Source: an uncultured virus (IMG/VR IMGVR_UViG_2879039326_000005) (Duplodnaviria > Heunggongvirae > Uroviricota > Caudoviricetes). Taken from it: DNA of 64,000 bases. Below are positions 55,789-64,000 of this stretch, piece by piece. The stretch's first letter is position 1, and each line of letters starts with the position of its first letter. Location: IMG/VR virus record IMGVR_UViG_2879039326_000005, one strand, 5' to 3'. Under the pieces are notes generated by a model. The model had not been told where the DNA came from, made no database searches, and saw only the letters and a program-made list of their open reading frames with translations. The translations under genes were made by a program, and so were the position numbers.

Positions 55789-58200
55789 TTACTCAACGCC
55801 CAGGCGCGCCCGCGCCTCGGCAATTTCTGCGCTGTGGCGCAGGTTGTTTGCGCGCATGATTTCGACGTTTGCCCGCTCTAGTTCAGTTGGCTGGTAATTG
55901 GCCCGATCCTCTTCGTCATCCACCAAGCGGGTGAGGGTGGCGATCGCCTCATCGGCCTGTTGCAGCGGCAGGCTGGCCAGCCACTCGGTCACGCTGCCAC
56001 CGGAATGCATCAGCTCGCGGGCCTGCTGTTTCAGCTCGGCGCTGCTGGCGGTGCGGCTGCGGGCCAGTTCAGCCTCGACCTCTGCGGTCAGCTGGTCGGC
56101 CACCGCATCGCCTGCACCTGGCCAGTTGCGGGTCACAATCAGCCGATCGCCGACCAGTCGCACATATTGGCCGTCGGCGTTGATGATGCAGCCCCGCAAC
56201 AGCAGGTCTTCGTTACTCACATCAAGACCCATGCGAATCAGCTCCTTAGCCAGAGCGGATCCTTTAACCCCTGATTTGGATCCTTTCGTACAGTTATTGA
56301 CAGAACTCCGAGGGGCGCAGCTGCCGCTGCTTGACTGCAACTCGCTACGCTCGCCAACTGCAGGCTCGCTGCGCTCGCCAACTGCAGGCTCGCGCTGCTC
56401 GCCCAAACCCTGCACCGCTGCCCCCTTGCGCACTATCTGCCAGCCTTCGGTGCGGGTGGTTGCGGTGGTCTGGCCCACGTCAGAGATCACCCCCATCAGG
56501 CGCAACACATCCTCGCCGTATTTGTTGGCGGCGGCGTCCAGACGCTTGGAGAGCTTGATCAGGTGGTCTTTGCGCGGGGTCTCGATGCCGCCCATCGCCT
56601 CGATAAAGCGGCTCCAGCGATTGTTGTCAGCGGCGTAGCGGGCAGCCTCCAGCACACAATCCCATTCGATCACCTCGTCGCCCAGGCGGCGCAGCTCGCG
56701 CCAGACCGACACAGACGGCCCGCCGATCTGCTGAAACTGGCGGATGCGCCAGCAGCTTGCCCAGGCAGCCACGGCAACCATGGAGTGGTCAATGCTGGTT
56801 TCTGCTTCGTAGTCCATCCCGACCTTGTGGCCGTCGAGGTTTTTGGCGATGTACTTGGCGATGTAACCGGTGGCGCTGCCCTTTGCCGGATCCATCTCCT
56901 TCCAGTTCACCCGGGGGTTGATGGCCTTCATCACCGCCTTGTCGTTCACATTTAGCAGCCACTTGATGCGCGGCAACTTGTTGCGGATTTTCATCTGGGC
57001 CAGCTGATCGAGCAGATCGCCGTTCGGCATCTTGAGCTCTGCCCGATCTGTATCGGTAAAGTGATAGGCCAGCAGGGTCAGAAAAATGTCTTTGTGCTCG
57101 GGGTTGATAAACAGCAGGCAGTGCCAGTGCGGGGTGCCGTCGTGGTGCGGCTCCACCACCCGAAAGCCAAAGGCCATGACCCCCTCGCGGGCCAGCGCGG
57201 CACGAAAGCGCGCCCACTGTTTGCCCAACAGGCGGTTGGTCTCTGTCGGGGTGCTGCCGTTGAACCCCTCGTTCTGGTAGGTCTTGCTCTTGTCCTTGCT
57301 GCCCTGGCGCCATGAGTGATATCCAGATGGCGCTGTCAGGGTCAGGAACAGGCTCACTTTGCCCTGTTCCGCAGCCAGATCATCAAAGCCACGCATCCGC
57401 ACCATCAGCTCATGACGGCGAATGGCAGGGTTGGCCACCGATGCCATGATGGCGTCGGCCAGATCGATCTCTTGCCCCAACTCCTCATTGACGGCGCTCA
57501 TGCCCGCCATCCACGCCTGTTGTGCTGCTTTGCGCTGGGTGAACTCGCGCACCGCGTGGGCGCTGGCGTAGGGGCTAACCCCCTTGCGCACTTGGCCGGT
57601 CAGAATGGCGACCAGTTCGCAATACACCGCCCAGGCGCGGTTAATCTTGCGCAGCCACCACGATTCATCGAGCAGCCGCACCAGCAGGCTCGCCGCAGCC
57701 CCTTCGAACTTCTCAACGGCTGGCTCCATGTCGGCCCGCTCTTCGTCGGTCAGCTGGCGGTCAAGCAATTTTCTGGCGGCGGTGCGCGGGTCGAGCGGCA
57801 GGGGCGGGCAGAAGTGCCATGCCTGCGCCTGTGACCCCAGATCGGCCAGCAGCTCGGCGGCGGTGCGCTCGTTCGCCCCCATCGTCAGCAGCTGCTGGCA
57901 GCGGCGGGCCCACTCAGCGGCGACCAGCTCGCGGCGGATGTCGTTGCGCAGGTGATGCACCGGGATCGGGAAGCGGGATTGCGCCGCTGCGCAGGCATCC
58001 ACCATCCGGCGCAGCCAGATGTTGGCGGTCTTGTAGCTGGCGGGGTAGCGGCGTAGGTAGGTCTTGGCCAAAGGCTTGGCAACGTGCCACTCGACCTGCT
58101 GCAGTTTTTCGGCGGCACTGGCCATCTGAATGGCATCAAAGCCGGTACAGTATTTCGGCGGCAGCTGGATGCCGCACAGGTTAGTGAGGGATTCTTTCAT
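55789..58200 (-). CDS. Replication endonuclease gpA
   Basis: LTLTAPS, EPHHDGTPHWH, GYIAKYIAKNLDG. Confidence 0.95.
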   Translation of the reverse strand: MKESLTNLCGIQLPPKYCTGFDAIQMASAAEKLQQVEWHVAKPLAKTYLRRYPASYKTANIWLRRMVDACAAAQSRFPIPVHHLRNDIRRELVAAEWARRCQQLLTMGANERTAAELLADLGSQAQAWHFCPPLPLDPRTAARKLLDRQLTDEERADMEPAVEKFEGAAASLLVRLLDESWWLRKINRAWAVYCELVAILTGQVRKGVSPYASAHAVREFTQRKAAQQAWMAGMSAVNEELGQEIDLADAIMASVANPAIRRHELMVRMRGFDDLAAEQGKVSLFLTLTAPSGYHSWRQGSKDKSKTYQNEGFNGSTPTETNRLLGKQWARFRAALAREGVMAFGFRVVEPHHDGTPHWHCLLFINPEHKDIFLTLLAYHFTDTDRAELKMPNGDLLDQLAQMKIRNKLPRIKWLLNVNDKAVMKAINPRVNWKEMDPAKGSATGYIAKYIAKNLDGHKVGMDYEAETSIDHSMVAVAAWASCWRIRQFQQIGGPSVSVWRELRRLGDEVIEWDCVLEAARYAADNNRWSRFIEAMGGIETPRKDHLIKLSKRLDAAANKYGEDVLRLMGVISDVGQTTATTRTEGWQIVRKGAAVQGLGEQREPAVGERSEPAVGERSELQSSSGSCAPRSSVNNCTKGSKSGVKGSALAKELIRMGLDVSNEDLLLRGCIINADGQYVRLVGDRLIVTRNWPGAGDAVADQLTAEVEAELARSRTASSAELKQQARELMHSGGSVTEWLASLPLQQADEAIATLTRLVDDEEDRANYQPTELERANVEIMRANNLRHSAEIAEARARLGVE
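56289..56318 (-). other. Rolling-circle origin inside gene A
   Basis: Minus strand GCGCCCCTCGGAGTTCTGTCAATAACTGTA matches the P2 ori. Confidence 0.85.
56341..56393. repeat. 24-bp tandem duplication next to ori
   Basis: CTCGCT(A/G)CGCTCGCCAACTGCAGG twice; encodes EPAVGERS twice. Confidence 0.85.
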
Positions 58201-59870
58201 GCGGCCTCCACCTGCGCATCTGCGCACATCTCAGGCAGGTTTGCGCGCACCAGAGCCGCAGCAAGCGGCGGGCACACGGCATTGCCACAGCGGGCCACCT
58301 GCGCGGTTTTGGTGAACTTCTTGCCGTTGGCATCGTTGGCGATCACGTAGTCAGCAGGGAAACCCTGAGCCGCGAACAGCTCGTGGGGTTCCAGCATCCG
58401 CATGCCGATATCGACGATCTGATAATCCTCACCGCGTACAGTGACCAGACCGAACCGGTCCCGAGTGGTAACGGTATGCAGTGGCTCGGAGCAGGGGATG
58501 GTTGAGTCGTTGCCGTAATATTTGAGCAGAAAGGCCCGCACCTCGCCGACATGCAGCCCGCCGGCAGTGACTGTGGGCATGGGGTCGGTGACTGGCTGGC
58601 CGTCTTGGCAGGTGCCGCGCAGCTTCACCAGGTGGCTGGTCACCAGTGCATTGTGGTCAACGGTTGTCACCGTCGGCAGCGGCTTGGTCAGCTCTGCGCC
58701 CACGACGCCGGTGTAATGCTTGGCCAGAAATGCGGTTACCAGCTGACTCTTGTCAGCCTTAGCCATCACAGTCCCCAGCGGCTCCTCAATGGATTGACCA
58801 ACAGAGCGGCCAAACTGGCGGGCGATGACAGGCGACACCAGCGCGAAGTGGCCACCCTTTACTTGGGCACAGATAGTGCGCAGCGGCTCATCAGCAGGCA
58901 TGTTGCGCTGATGGCTGGCGTTGGCATGTTCAGTGATGAATGGGGCAAATGTTGGCTGAACAACGGCAAAGCCAGGAGTCTGGGTGATGGTTTGTAGAGG
59001 CTCATTGATCCCCTGACCTCTGAAACAGTCATACGCAGTACGGGTGCTGGTGTGGTTGCACTTCACAATGAACGGCTCTGCGGCATTAATTACGAACCGT
59101 TCCAGTCCCTTGGCAATCCGGCGCATGGTGTTCTCAGCCAGTGGCCGCTTGCGTTCGAAAATCGACGGGCAAGAGATCGACCAGTCGATGATGTCGGCGG
59201 CGGTGAGCCACGGCAGCAACTTGCCAGCTTTCACCTCGGCGCTATCTGGTGCTCCATGGGTTGGCTTTGGCCAAACGATGGCGGCGCCATCGCGGCGGGC
59301 AATAAGAAACAGGCGCTTACGGATGGTCGGGGTGCCATAGTCACAGGCGCGCAGCTCGCGCCACTCCACCTTGTAGCCTTGGCGGCGCAGCGCATTAATG
59401 AAGCTGTTGAAGGTGCGTCCTTTCTTGGCTGGATCTGGGCGGGAATTGCCTTCCTTATCTACAATCAGCGGCCCCCATGTCTGAAACTCTTCCACGTTCT
59501 CCAGCATGATCACCCGGGGTCGCACCTGGGCGGCCCAACGCAGGGCGACCCAAGCCAAGCCCCGGATCTTCTTGCTGACCGGTGTTGAGCCCTTGGCCTT
59601 AGAGAAGTGCTTGCAGTCAGGTGACAGCCAGACCAGCCCGACAGGGCGGCCAGCTACAACGTCACGTGGCACGATATCCCAAACGGATTCGCAGTAATGC
59701 TCTGTGCTGGGGTGATTAACGGTGTGCATGGCGATCGCATCAGGGTCGTGATTGATGGCGATTTCAGGGCTACGGCCGAGCGCCATTTCGATCCCGGTAG
59801 AGGCACCGCCGCCCCCGGCAAAGTTGTCCACGACGATTTCGTCGAACAGGTTGAAGTTATGTTCTTTCAC
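58197..59870 (-). CDS. DNA cytosine-5 methyltransferase
   Basis: FAGGGG, SPDC (PC variant), ENVEEF, RKRLF, CGNAV. Confidence 0.92.
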   Translation of the reverse strand: MKEHNFNLFDEIVVDNFAGGGGASTGIEMALGRSPEIAINHDPDAIAMHTVNHPSTEHYCESVWDIVPRDVVAGRPVGLVWLSPDCKHFSKAKGSTPVSKKIRGLAWVALRWAAQVRPRVIMLENVEEFQTWGPLIVDKEGNSRPDPAKKGRTFNSFINALRRQGYKVEWRELRACDYGTPTIRKRLFLIARRDGAAIVWPKPTHGAPDSAEVKAGKLLPWLTAADIIDWSISCPSIFERKRPLAENTMRRIAKGLERFVINAAEPFIVKCNHTSTRTAYDCFRGQGINEPLQTITQTPGFAVVQPTFAPFITEHANASHQRNMPADEPLRTICAQVKGGHFALVSPVIARQFGRSVGQSIEEPLGTVMAKADKSQLVTAFLAKHYTGVVGAELTKPLPTVTTVDHNALVTSHLVKLRGTCQDGQPVTDPMPTVTAGGLHVGEVRAFLLKYYGNDSTIPCSEPLHTVTTRDRFGLVTVRGEDYQIVDIGMRMLEPHELFAAQGFPADYVIANDANGKKFTKTAQVARCGNAVCPPLAAALVRANLPEMCADAQVEAA

Positions 59871-60313
59871 TTGCACACCCCGCACTTGCCATTCACGTAC
59901 TCATGCGGTTGCAGGTAGCGGCCGCACTGGCCGCAGGTTGGCACCTGCTCCATGTTGGCCAGTCGGTCAGACCAGCAGGCGCGCTCGCAAAAAACCAGAC
60001 TGGTCAGGCGACGGCCAGACAGGATCACCGGCCGCACATGACCGAACTCGCCGCAGCAGCTGCAGCGCATCAGTGGGCGGCTGGCCTGTTCAACCTTCAC
60101 CACTGCTTCACTGGCTGCGCGGGCCAGCGGCCAGCAGGTTTCGACGCAGTATGGATAAGCGCGGCGACCGTGACGGCCAGTCACTGGCATGCAAACCTCC
60201 ATCTGTTTGCATTTGGTGCAGGGCTCCAAGGTGACCATTTGGGTGGAAAGGCTGTTTGCAGGGCGCACGACGCCCAAAACCGGGGCATGCCCGGCTGTTT
60301 TTTGGTGAGTCAT
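59867..60313 (-). CDS. Cys-rich multi-zinc-finger hypothetical protein
   Basis: Repeated CxxC/CxxxC pairs. Confidence 0.7.
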   Translation of the reverse strand: MTHQKTAGHAPVLGVVRPANSLSTQMVTLEPCTKCKQMEVCMPVTGRHGRRAYPYCVETCWPLARAASEAVVKVEQASRPLMRCSCCGEFGHVRPVILSGRRLTSLVFCERACWSDRLANMEQVPTCGQCGRYLQPHEYVNGKCGVCK

Positions 60314-60519
60314 TAGATGGCGCCTCCTTGGTATGACTGGCGCAGGCGGGCGGATGATTGGAGCTCGCAGTGTCTGGCAGCGCGGGCCATCCCCAACAAA
60401 CTTTTGATGTGAGCGCGAGGGCGGCATTGCTGACGGCGAGCGGCCAACAGTTCGCGCTGGTATGTGCGGCGGCGGCGGGCGTCGCTCAACATGGCATCAA
60501 GCCAGAAGTCGTGGATCAT
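60313..60519 (-). CDS. Hypothetical protein
   Basis: Coupled ORF in the early operon. Confidence 0.6.
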   Translation of the reverse strand: MIHDFWLDAMLSDARRRRTYQRELLAARRQQCRPRAHIKSLLGMARAARHCELQSSARLRQSYQGGAI

Positions 60520-61052
60520 GCTGCATCCTCCGCAATCAAATGGCTCAGGCCGTTCGGCAGGTTCACACGGCCGCCGTTATCCCAGACAAACCAGCTGTAT
60601 TCGCAGGAGTCAGACCCGCCATTCACAAAGCGCGGGCGCGGTACCAGGATCGGGGTTTTGTTCGGAAAGCCGACTTCTGCCCAGAACGGCACCCGTTTCC
60701 TGCTGCCCAGGAAGTTCACCCGCTGCAAATAAATCAGGGTTCCATCAGGTGCGAGCTCAGACAGGCTCTTTCTCAAAAACTCCTCGGTCAGCGAAAACGG
60801 CGGGTTGGTGATGATGACGTCGAACTTGCGGCCAAAATCCCACGCCAAGTAGTCACGGCCATGGCGGATCTCGGCCCACTCTTTCTGCTGCGCAGGGAGC
60901 GGCACAGGGTCAAAGATGTTCCCTTCTGCGCGGCACGGCTCCATAAAGTGGTCGCCAGCGCGAAAGCTGATGCAGTTCAGCAGGGCAGCAACTGCGCTTT
61001 TCGGGGTGGGGTAGAGCTCGCGCTCGATAACATTGCCGGTTGTGCTGCTCAT
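60516..61052 (-). CDS. Small DNA adenine methyltransferase (gamma-like)
   Basis: YPTP, MEPCRAEG, IITNPPF. Confidence 0.85.
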   Translation of the reverse strand: MSSTTGNVIERELYPTPKSAVAALLNCISFRAGDHFMEPCRAEGNIFDPVPLPAQQKEWAEIRHGRDYLAWDFGRKFDVIITNPPFSLTEEFLRKSLSELAPDGTLIYLQRVNFLGSRKRVPFWAEVGFPNKTPILVPRPRFVNGGSDSCEYSWFVWDNGGRVNLPNGLSHLIAEDAA

Positions 61053-61225
61053 GCTGCTACTCCTTCCAGAACCCGAGCGCGGCCAGACGGCAGCAGCTCG
61101 ATGCGGGCGGCGTGACGCTGGCCACGCAGCCAGCTGTTTTTGACGTTGATGTAACCGTGGCGCACCAGATAGGCGACGGCAGCGGTAGGATTGGCGGCGG
61201 TGTGCTTGGCGGTGATGGCGATCAT
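61049..61225 (-). CDS. Small hypothetical protein (58 aa)
   Basis: MIAITAKHTA...EGVAA; ATGA overlaps on both sides. Confidence 0.6.
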   Translation of the reverse strand: MIAITAKHTAANPTAAVAYLVRHGYINVKNSWLRGQRHAARIELLPSGRARVLEGVAA

Positions 61226-61743
61226 TGGGCACCCCCTTGCAGCGCGTGGACAAAGGGCGGCTGGAATATCACGGTGACATCATGGAGAGGTGCAGCCAGA
61301 TCCACGCCGATGATGTGCGGGCCGTCCATAAACGGCAGGGCATCATCAGCCAACGGCTCGAATGCAACTTTTGGCGGCTGGAATACCAGCCCCTTTGCGT
61401 CGTCCTGCCACGTAAAGCAGGCCTTGGCATCGGTAAACAGCCATTCATCGGCGGCTTGCGGGTTGGTGATGGCGAACTCGTTGAACAGCTTGAGGAAGGC
61501 GAATTCCCCTGGCTGAGTGCTGGCGACCAGCACTGGCGGCCGCTGACCACCCTGCAGAATGTCGAGGCGCTTGGTCAGCTCGGCGTAGATGTCGAGCATG
61601 CTCAACTCGTCGGCCAGTTCTGCCAGCGCCTCAAGGCTCGCCTCGACGGCGGTGCTATGGCAGGCGCCCAGCTGGGGGCGATGGGTATTAATGAGGCTGT
61701 TCGCGACTTTGCGGATCGCCTGTTCTGCTGTACTATTGTTCAT
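61222..61743 (-). CDS. Hypothetical protein
   Basis: GAGGT RBS, 173 aa. Confidence 0.7.
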   Translation of the reverse strand: MNNSTAEQAIRKVANSLINTHRPQLGACHSTAVEASLEALAELADELSMLDIYAELTKRLDILQGGQRPPVLVASTQPGEFAFLKLFNEFAITNPQAADEWLFTDAKACFTWQDDAKGLVFQPPKVAFEPLADDALPFMDGPHIIGVDLAAPLHDVTVIFQPPFVHALQGGAQ

Positions 61744-61806
61744 GAGGTTTACCTCGCTGATTGATTGAAAGCCCCGCTGGTGCGTCAACACCGATAGCGG
61801 GGTTTT

Positions 61807-62250
61807 TTATTGGCCGTTTCCGGCCACTTTTCTTAATGCCGCTAAGCGGCTTTCCAATGTGCCAGCCTGAGCGCTCAGCTCTGCCCGGCGTTGATTCTCA
61901 AGCGCTGCCTGCTCCAGCTCGCTGCGGGTCGGCCCATCAACACGGCTGGCGGTGCGGTGCCATTCGCGGCGGTGCAGCACCGCCCCGTCAAACTCCCGCA
62001 GGGTGGCGAGCAGGTCGCTCAGTGCGAGGCGCAGCGCCTCTTGTTGGTCAAACTCGAACTGGTCCAGCTCCTGCGATGCCGCCGACGGCGAGATCCCGGC
62101 GGCATAACAGATGACGGCGCGGGCCCGAGTCGGCAGGCGTGACCAGCGGCTGGCCGCCCCATTGCGGCCGAACTTGGCGCGCATGTCTGCCAGTGCCGCG
62201 TCTGCGGCGCTTGGCTGTTGAACGAGTGCAATGACCTTTGCTGTGTTCAT
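61807..62250 (-). CDS. Hypothetical early protein (gpB-like)
   Basis: W-RLP-RARAVICYAAG...QQEALRLAL. Confidence 0.65.
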   Translation of the reverse strand: MNTAKVIALVQQPSAADAALADMRAKFGRNGAASRWSRLPTRARAVICYAAGISPSAASQELDQFEFDQQEALRLALSDLLATLREFDGAVLHRREWHRTASRVDGPTRSELEQAALENQRRAELSAQAGTLESRLAALRKVAGNGQ

Positions 62251-62265
62251 GGGGTGGCCCTCCGG

Positions 62266-62487
62266 TTATGCCTGCAGCAGCTGGGTCAGCCAGTGCGGGC
62301 GGGGTTGCTGGCGCGGCGTAAAGCGCAGGGCGCCACGGCGGCCCTTGTGGTCTTCCAGATAGCTGCCATCCAAGCGGGTGGTGATGCGCATCACCGGCTC
62401 GTCGCAATCGCTCACGACGGTGGCGCGGGTCAGCAGCAGAAACGGCAGGGGGATCAGCCCCGGCTGTTCGGCGCGCAGTTTGTTCAT
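62266..62487 (-). CDS. Hypothetical protein
   Basis: MNKLRAEQPGLIPLP; AGGAGG RBS, ATGA overlap. Confidence 0.65.
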   Translation of the reverse strand: MNKLRAEQPGLIPLPFLLLTRATVVSDCDEPVMRITTRLDGSYLEDHKGRRGALRFTPRQQPRPHWLTQLLQA

Positions 62488-62801
62488 GCTTCCTCCTTGG
62501 TCTTGTTGCGTTCTTCCTTTACTGCCTTGAACGGGTGGATGGTTGAGCGCAGCGGCGCGACATCCGTGAAATTCACCCCTGGCTCCCAGTGGCGGCCGAC
62601 GCCGCTCAGCTTGGGCAAATTGATGGCTGGGTTTGGCAGGGCGCTGGCGACGTAATACCCCGTCACCTCCACCCCCACTTGGAACACAAAACCGCAATCG
62701 TCGTTGTTGCAGCGGCAGCGCAGGATCCCGGTGAGGGAGCTCATGCGGTTGGTGCTGCGAATGGCACTTCGTGATCCGCAATGCGGGCACGGAAATCTCA
62801 T
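62484..62801 (-). CDS. ogr: Ogr/Delta-family zinc-finger activator
   Basis: CPHCGS-SAIRS...CRCNNDDCGFVF...SALPNP. Confidence 0.85.
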   Translation of the reverse strand: MRFPCPHCGSRSAIRSTNRMSSLTGILRCRCNNDDCGFVFQVGVEVTGYYVASALPNPAINLPKLSGVGRHWEPGVNFTDVAPLRSTIHPFKAVKEERNKTKEEA

Positions 62802-62812
62802 GGTCTGGTCTC

Positions 62813-63331
62813 CTATGCGCCGAGCGCTGCGCGGGCCATATCGGCGGCACACGCAAGGCTCGGGACGGCGTGAAATCGGTCTTCGACTTCGGTTGCCAAC
62901 AGCACAAGGTGCTCGATGCCAGCCCATAAGCCGGTGAGGACGGTGTTGCGGTTGGTTTTGGTGACACGGTCACCGGCAAGAATGGTGGTGGCTTGTGATG
63001 TGACGCCCAGGATCTGGGCGCCCGCGTTGAGTGCCTGCTGGGCGCGGGCCTCTGGCTGGATCACGGCATCAGAAGCAGGCAGGCGAACGGCAGTCAGGCC
63101 ACAGTCGAACAGCAGGCCATCAAACAAGGTGTCGTCACCGGTGGCTCGGTAGATGGCGATCAAGTCTTGGGCGGTCAGGTTGTGCCGCGCACACCCCGGA
63201 TTGAATTTGTTATGCAGCACATGGCCAGACATGCCGATGGACTCAGCCAGCTGGCTGATGTTGTGCGCCTGTTTGAACAGGTCGCAGGCCCCGGCAAAAT
63301 GGTTGTGTGAGCGAGAGCGTTGGTTTGTCAC
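62813..63331 (-). CDS. cII: Phage regulatory protein CII
   Basis: LHNKFNP...HNLT...ATGDDTLFDGLL. Confidence 0.9.
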   Translation of the reverse strand: MTNQRSRSHNHFAGACDLFKQAHNISQLAESIGMSGHVLHNKFNPGCARHNLTAQDLIAIYRATGDDTLFDGLLFDCGLTAVRLPASDAVIQPEARAQQALNAGAQILGVTSQATTILAGDRVTKTNRNTVLTGLWAGIEHLVLLATEVEDRFHAVPSLACAADMARAALGA

Positions 63332-63364
63332 TTTATCCCCCTGAGTCTGATCGCTACCGTTAGG

Positions 63365-63778
63365 TCAAACAGCAGCGCGTTGTGCTGACTTTTTGGCAGA
63401 AGCCTTGACCACACGGTGACAGGAGTTCTCATGCACAAACTTGAAGTAGTTTTCCGGCTCCTTGGTCATTTCACGCCAGCGGTGCAGGTTGACCCACACT
63501 TTGTCGCCCGCACGCAGCTTGGGAATGATGGGCAAGCGGCCATCGTTGATCATGTCTTGGGCGGTGCGCAGCGGCAGGTTGAACTTGAGTTCTTCACGCA
63601 ACATGGTCAGGAAGGCATCCAGCGGAATGGCTGGCAGAACGGAGAGCGCAAGGCCCTGTTTGATGGCCGCCAGCTGGCGCAGCACTTCGTCCATCTGGTC
63701 AACTGGCTGTGCGGTGTCGTCACCAATAGGTGCGGCATGCGCCCCTAAAGGCTGTTTTTCGGTGTCACGTTGCGTCAT
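63365..63778 (-). CDS. Cox/Apl-like regulator
   Basis: LRTAQDMINDGRLPII...VWVNL; first gene of the early operon. Confidence 0.7.
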   Translation of the reverse strand: MTQRDTEKQPLGAHAAPIGDDTAQPVDQMDEVLRQLAAIKQGLALSVLPAIPLDAFLTMLREELKFNLPLRTAQDMINDGRLPIIPKLRAGDKVWVNLHRWREMTKEPENYFKFVHENSCHRVVKASAKKSAQRAAV

Positions 63779-63934
63779 ACTGCGCCCCTATGCGTTTAAT
63801 TTTCACCTCTACGGACGTTACTGACCTGCCTCGCAAGCAATGGGTCATTAACGTGATCTTGAGGTGACTATATACGCCGACGCGATAGCGCGCAACCACA
63901 GGGCGATAAAAATCACCAAGAGGTTACTTTTTTT

Positions 63935-64000
63935 ATGGAGATCTTGAACGGTACAGCCTTTGATATAAAGGCCTTTGCCAATAGGTTACAAAGCTTGATT
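63935..64000 (+). CDS. Probable start of the prophage 2 CI repressor (partial)
   Basis: MEILNGTAFDIKAFANRLQSLI, divergent from cox. Confidence 0.55.
   Translation, partial: MEILNGTAFDIKAFANRLQSLI

Larger units (their letters stand above)
30341..64000. mobile_element. Prophage 2, P2/186-like (cI-int end beyond window)
   Basis: Canonical D-U-T-E-FII-FI / H-I-J-W-V / S-R-lysis-X-L-M-N-O / P-Q / cos / A order. Confidence 0.95.

Overview
The window consists almost entirely of two different P2-family (Peduoviridae-like) prophages lying in tandem in a GC-rich gammaproteobacterium, most likely Aeromonas (inferred from base composition and protein resemblance, not proven). Prophage 1 (<1 to ~30397) is HP1/K139/phiO18P-like. 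It has tail, lysis and head genes, ogr, an AT-rich cargo hotspot between portal/ogr and gpA, the early operon, a Cro/S24-CI switch, a DUF4041-T5orf172 membrane nuclease (PD-lambda-1/SNIPE-like) and an integrase. It ends at a truncated tRNA-Leu(TAA) 3' half that serves as the att core. Prophage 2 (~30341 to >64000) is P2/186-like. It has D-U-T-E-FII-FI, a very short split tail fibre, baseplate, lysis and head genes, cos, three DNA methyltransferases around gpA, ogr inside the early operon, CII, Cox and the start of CI. The most notable observations are: (i) the prophage-1 hotspot carries several candidate anti-phage modules (small basic protein + terminator + nucleotidyltransferase; DUF2971; SLATT; an unknown soluble + 4-TM pair); (ii) three of these genes are followed by decayed integron attC-like sites, suggesting captured integron cassettes; (iii) a shattered umuDC remnant and three LexA boxes; (iv) a complete C4 antisense RNA/a1/a2-rha module inserted in the prophage-2 tail operon. 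All family assignments are by eye; no searches were run.
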